DNA of 41,265 nt from Actinomycetota bacterium. GTDB lineage: Bacteria > Actinomycetota > Acidimicrobiia > Spongiisociales > UBA4744. The notes beneath the pieces were generated by a model. That model did no database searches and had not been told where the DNA came from. It saw nothing but the letters and a program-made list of their open reading frames with translations. The stretch is from contig JAADGS010000046.1 in the NCBI GenBank assembly GCA_013152275.1, positions 1-41,265 of the forward strand. The letters are read 5' to 3'. Position numbers and translations under genes: made by a program. This document shows, one piece after another, positions 40,501-41,265 of this stretch (within the stretch, counting starts at the first letter, position 1; the number at the start of each line of letters is the position of its first letter).

Positions 40501-40744
40501 GTGGCACCTGGTCTCGGTCGTCTCGAACGAACCGGACAATGGCAGGGGTGATGGCAACACGGTTCGGGATATCGTGATCATTGACGACACGACGTTCTTG
40601 CTTCGTGCCGAGCGCTCCGGACACGGGGACGGACGCATCTACACCGCGACGTACGAGGCGACGGATTCCTGCGGGAACACGACCGTGGCCACGGTGACCA
40701 TCACGGTTCCTCGCGGGCACGGCATGCGGCCGAGGATGCGGTAG
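37571..40744 (+). CDS. ExeM/NucH family extracellular endonuclease (signal peptide, lamin-tail domain, OB folds, EEP domain, C-terminal extension)
   Basis: VFINEIHYDN, TPIYDIQG, EGVVTA, GVQELEN, VVNHFKSKG, GDLN, LDY, SDHDPV. Confidence 0.92.
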   Translation: MKRKRWTVLAIFAMVVALLPLSAAPAAGTAGTSVFINEIHYDNTGGDTGEAVEVAGPAGTDLTGWSIVLYNGSGGANYGTIDLSGTIPDQMAGYGTLSFPQASIQNGAPDGLALVDNSSTVVQFLSYEGTFTATTGPADGMTSTDIGVSESSSTPVGDSLQLVGTGSIYEDFTWTGPTPATFGAVNTGQTLTAVPAPDVTNTIYEIQYTTGDASPLAGQTVVTEGVVTAVFGRKVFIQDGTGPFSGLYLYNPSPIPAVGNVVRVQGQVKEYHGKTEIDGGALWNIGPGTFPAPEVLATGDIAREQWESVFVRAENATVVDPDLGHGEWSVDDDSGPVRVDDLGSYGYVPYAGDPVTFVQGPLDYAYGNFKIEPRDDGDLFVDLRACGLRYTPIYDIQGSGDASPIEGSMIWTEGVVTADFQESSELKGFFLQDAAGDGDVATSDGIFVYQKAMWGDVEVGQHLRFQAKVAEYYGLTELKYVSDLTVCGSGSVTPTAVDLPVAEDDREPYEGMLLTFPESLAVADSYNLTKYGEVILSADGRLFAPTNQFAPSFDWYDSNDSDGVAEILEPRLLVLDDASNHQYPDPVPYIQPYGTLRWGDTTTDLTGVLTYAYGAYKLEPTEAVVFSEDNPRPGTPPGVGGVIKVGSFNLHNWWTTLGGRGARSESQLEKQGAKLVAAITGLGADVIGVQELENNGDTAVSALVDLLNAEEGAGTWDYIRDPDYPGGIEATNAIKVGIIYKPAVVSPVGDAQWSLDASFAEARPPLAQTFEFYGDEFTLVVNHFKSKGYYGDTLAEGDEDIGDGQGYYNATRVSQARAVVEFVSALEDAGKPNVLAVGDLNVYAKEDPVVVLEADLENLLAGLPINDKYSYTYYGQAGELDYAFANDAMQEYVRGAGIWHIDAAEPVGFNYYGASSLYAADPFRASDHDPVIVGVCELIPPEIYLSADPDVLFPPNHRYVEVNVDVTVVDNYPQDVEWHLVSVVSNEPDNGRGDGNTVRDIVIIDDTTFLLRAERSGHGDGRIYTATYEATDSCGNTTVATVTITVPRGHGMRPRMR

Positions 40745-40759
40745 CCAACACGAACGCGA

Positions 40760-40796
40760 GAGGGCGGGCTCTTCGGGGCCCGCCCTCCGTTTGTTT
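40760..40796 (+). terminator. Intrinsic terminator of the nuclease gene
   Basis: GAGGGCGGGC-TC-TTCG-GG-GCCCGCCCTC followed by GTTTGTTT. Confidence 0.8.
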
Positions 40797-40843
40797 CCTG
40801 TCAATGGGAGCGTCGAATGGCGACGCCGGCATTGACCAGAATC
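40793..40843. repeat. 51-bp palindromic element copy B
   Basis: GTTTCCTGTCAATGGGAGCGTCGAATGGCGACGCCGGCATTGACCAGAATC; same orientation as copy A; abuts the dgt stop. Confidence 0.85.
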
Positions 40844-41265
40844 AGTCGATCCCCTCGGGGCGGAACAGGTCGTCGTAGACGCGCAGCGCGTACCGATCGG
40901 TCATGCCGGACACGTAGTCGATTGCTCGCTCCACCGCATCGGCATCGTCGAGGCGGTAGGTGTCGGGTACCTCCTCCGGGTGTTCGATGAAATGATCGAC
41001 CAGATTTCTGATCACGGCGATGGCGCGTTCCCGTTGTGGGCGCGCTTCCGGTCGCAGGTACACCCGTTCGAACATGAAGTCACGCAGCTCCTGCATGGTC
41101 TCGGCGACGGTCGATTCCATTGCGACCGATCCTTGACGTACCGACTCGTCGACGACCGCGTCGACCATCGTGTTGATCCAATCCGATCCGGGCTCGCCGA
41201 ACACTTGAAGAGCGCTGACGGGAAGGTCTTCGCGGCAGATCACGTCGGCCCGGAGGGCGTCGTCG
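40842..41265 (-). CDS. dgt: Deoxyguanosinetriphosphate triphosphohydrolase, C-terminal part (partial)
   Basis: DDALRA..., LRDFMFERVY, DYVSGMTDRYA; runs off the window end. Confidence 0.85.
   Translation of the reverse strand, partial: DDALRADVICREDLPVSALQVFGEPGSDWINTMVDAVVDESVRQGSVAMESTVAETMQELRDFMFERVYLRPEARPQRERAIAVIRNLVDHFIEHPEEVPDTYRLDDADAVERAIDYVSGMTDRYALRVYDDLFRPEGID

Overview
High-GC bacterial DNA, probably Actinomycetota: it has a CGAAC-N4-GTTCG SOS box, leaderless-type promoters and an actinobacterial-style tRNA-Arg fragment. The left half (1 to about 20.5 kb) is an accessory region punctuated by five same-orientation copies of a composite site. The full form is TGGGAGCC motifs, then 10-bp-phased GGAC repeats, TTGGAGAT, the 3' half of tRNA-Arg(ACG) starting exactly at the anticodon loop, a hairpin and a TGAGCGG motif. 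The copies delimit segments of about 1.0, 2.0, 13.7 and 2.7 kb with no recognisable integrase. These carry (i) an RHH/Doc toxin-antitoxin pair with a decayed toxin, (ii) a 4Fe-4S protein, (iii) a glycyl radical enzyme of unknown specificity with its activase plus a riboswitch-led cobamide uptake/salvage operon, and (iv) a RidA/MBL/alpha-beta hydrolase trio. I read this as a tandem, integron-like array of cassettes built from tRNA-derived att junctions (inference). The right half holds an EAL-PAS-histidine kinase, an APC permease, a DUF2202 lipoprotein, LexA-boxed dinB, a nitronate monooxygenase-family gene, two acyl-CoA dehydrogenases, SulP, ManC, MgtC, a crotonase, an aldo/keto reductase, an ExeM/NucH nuclease bracketed by a duplicated 51-bp palindrome, and the 3' end of dgt.
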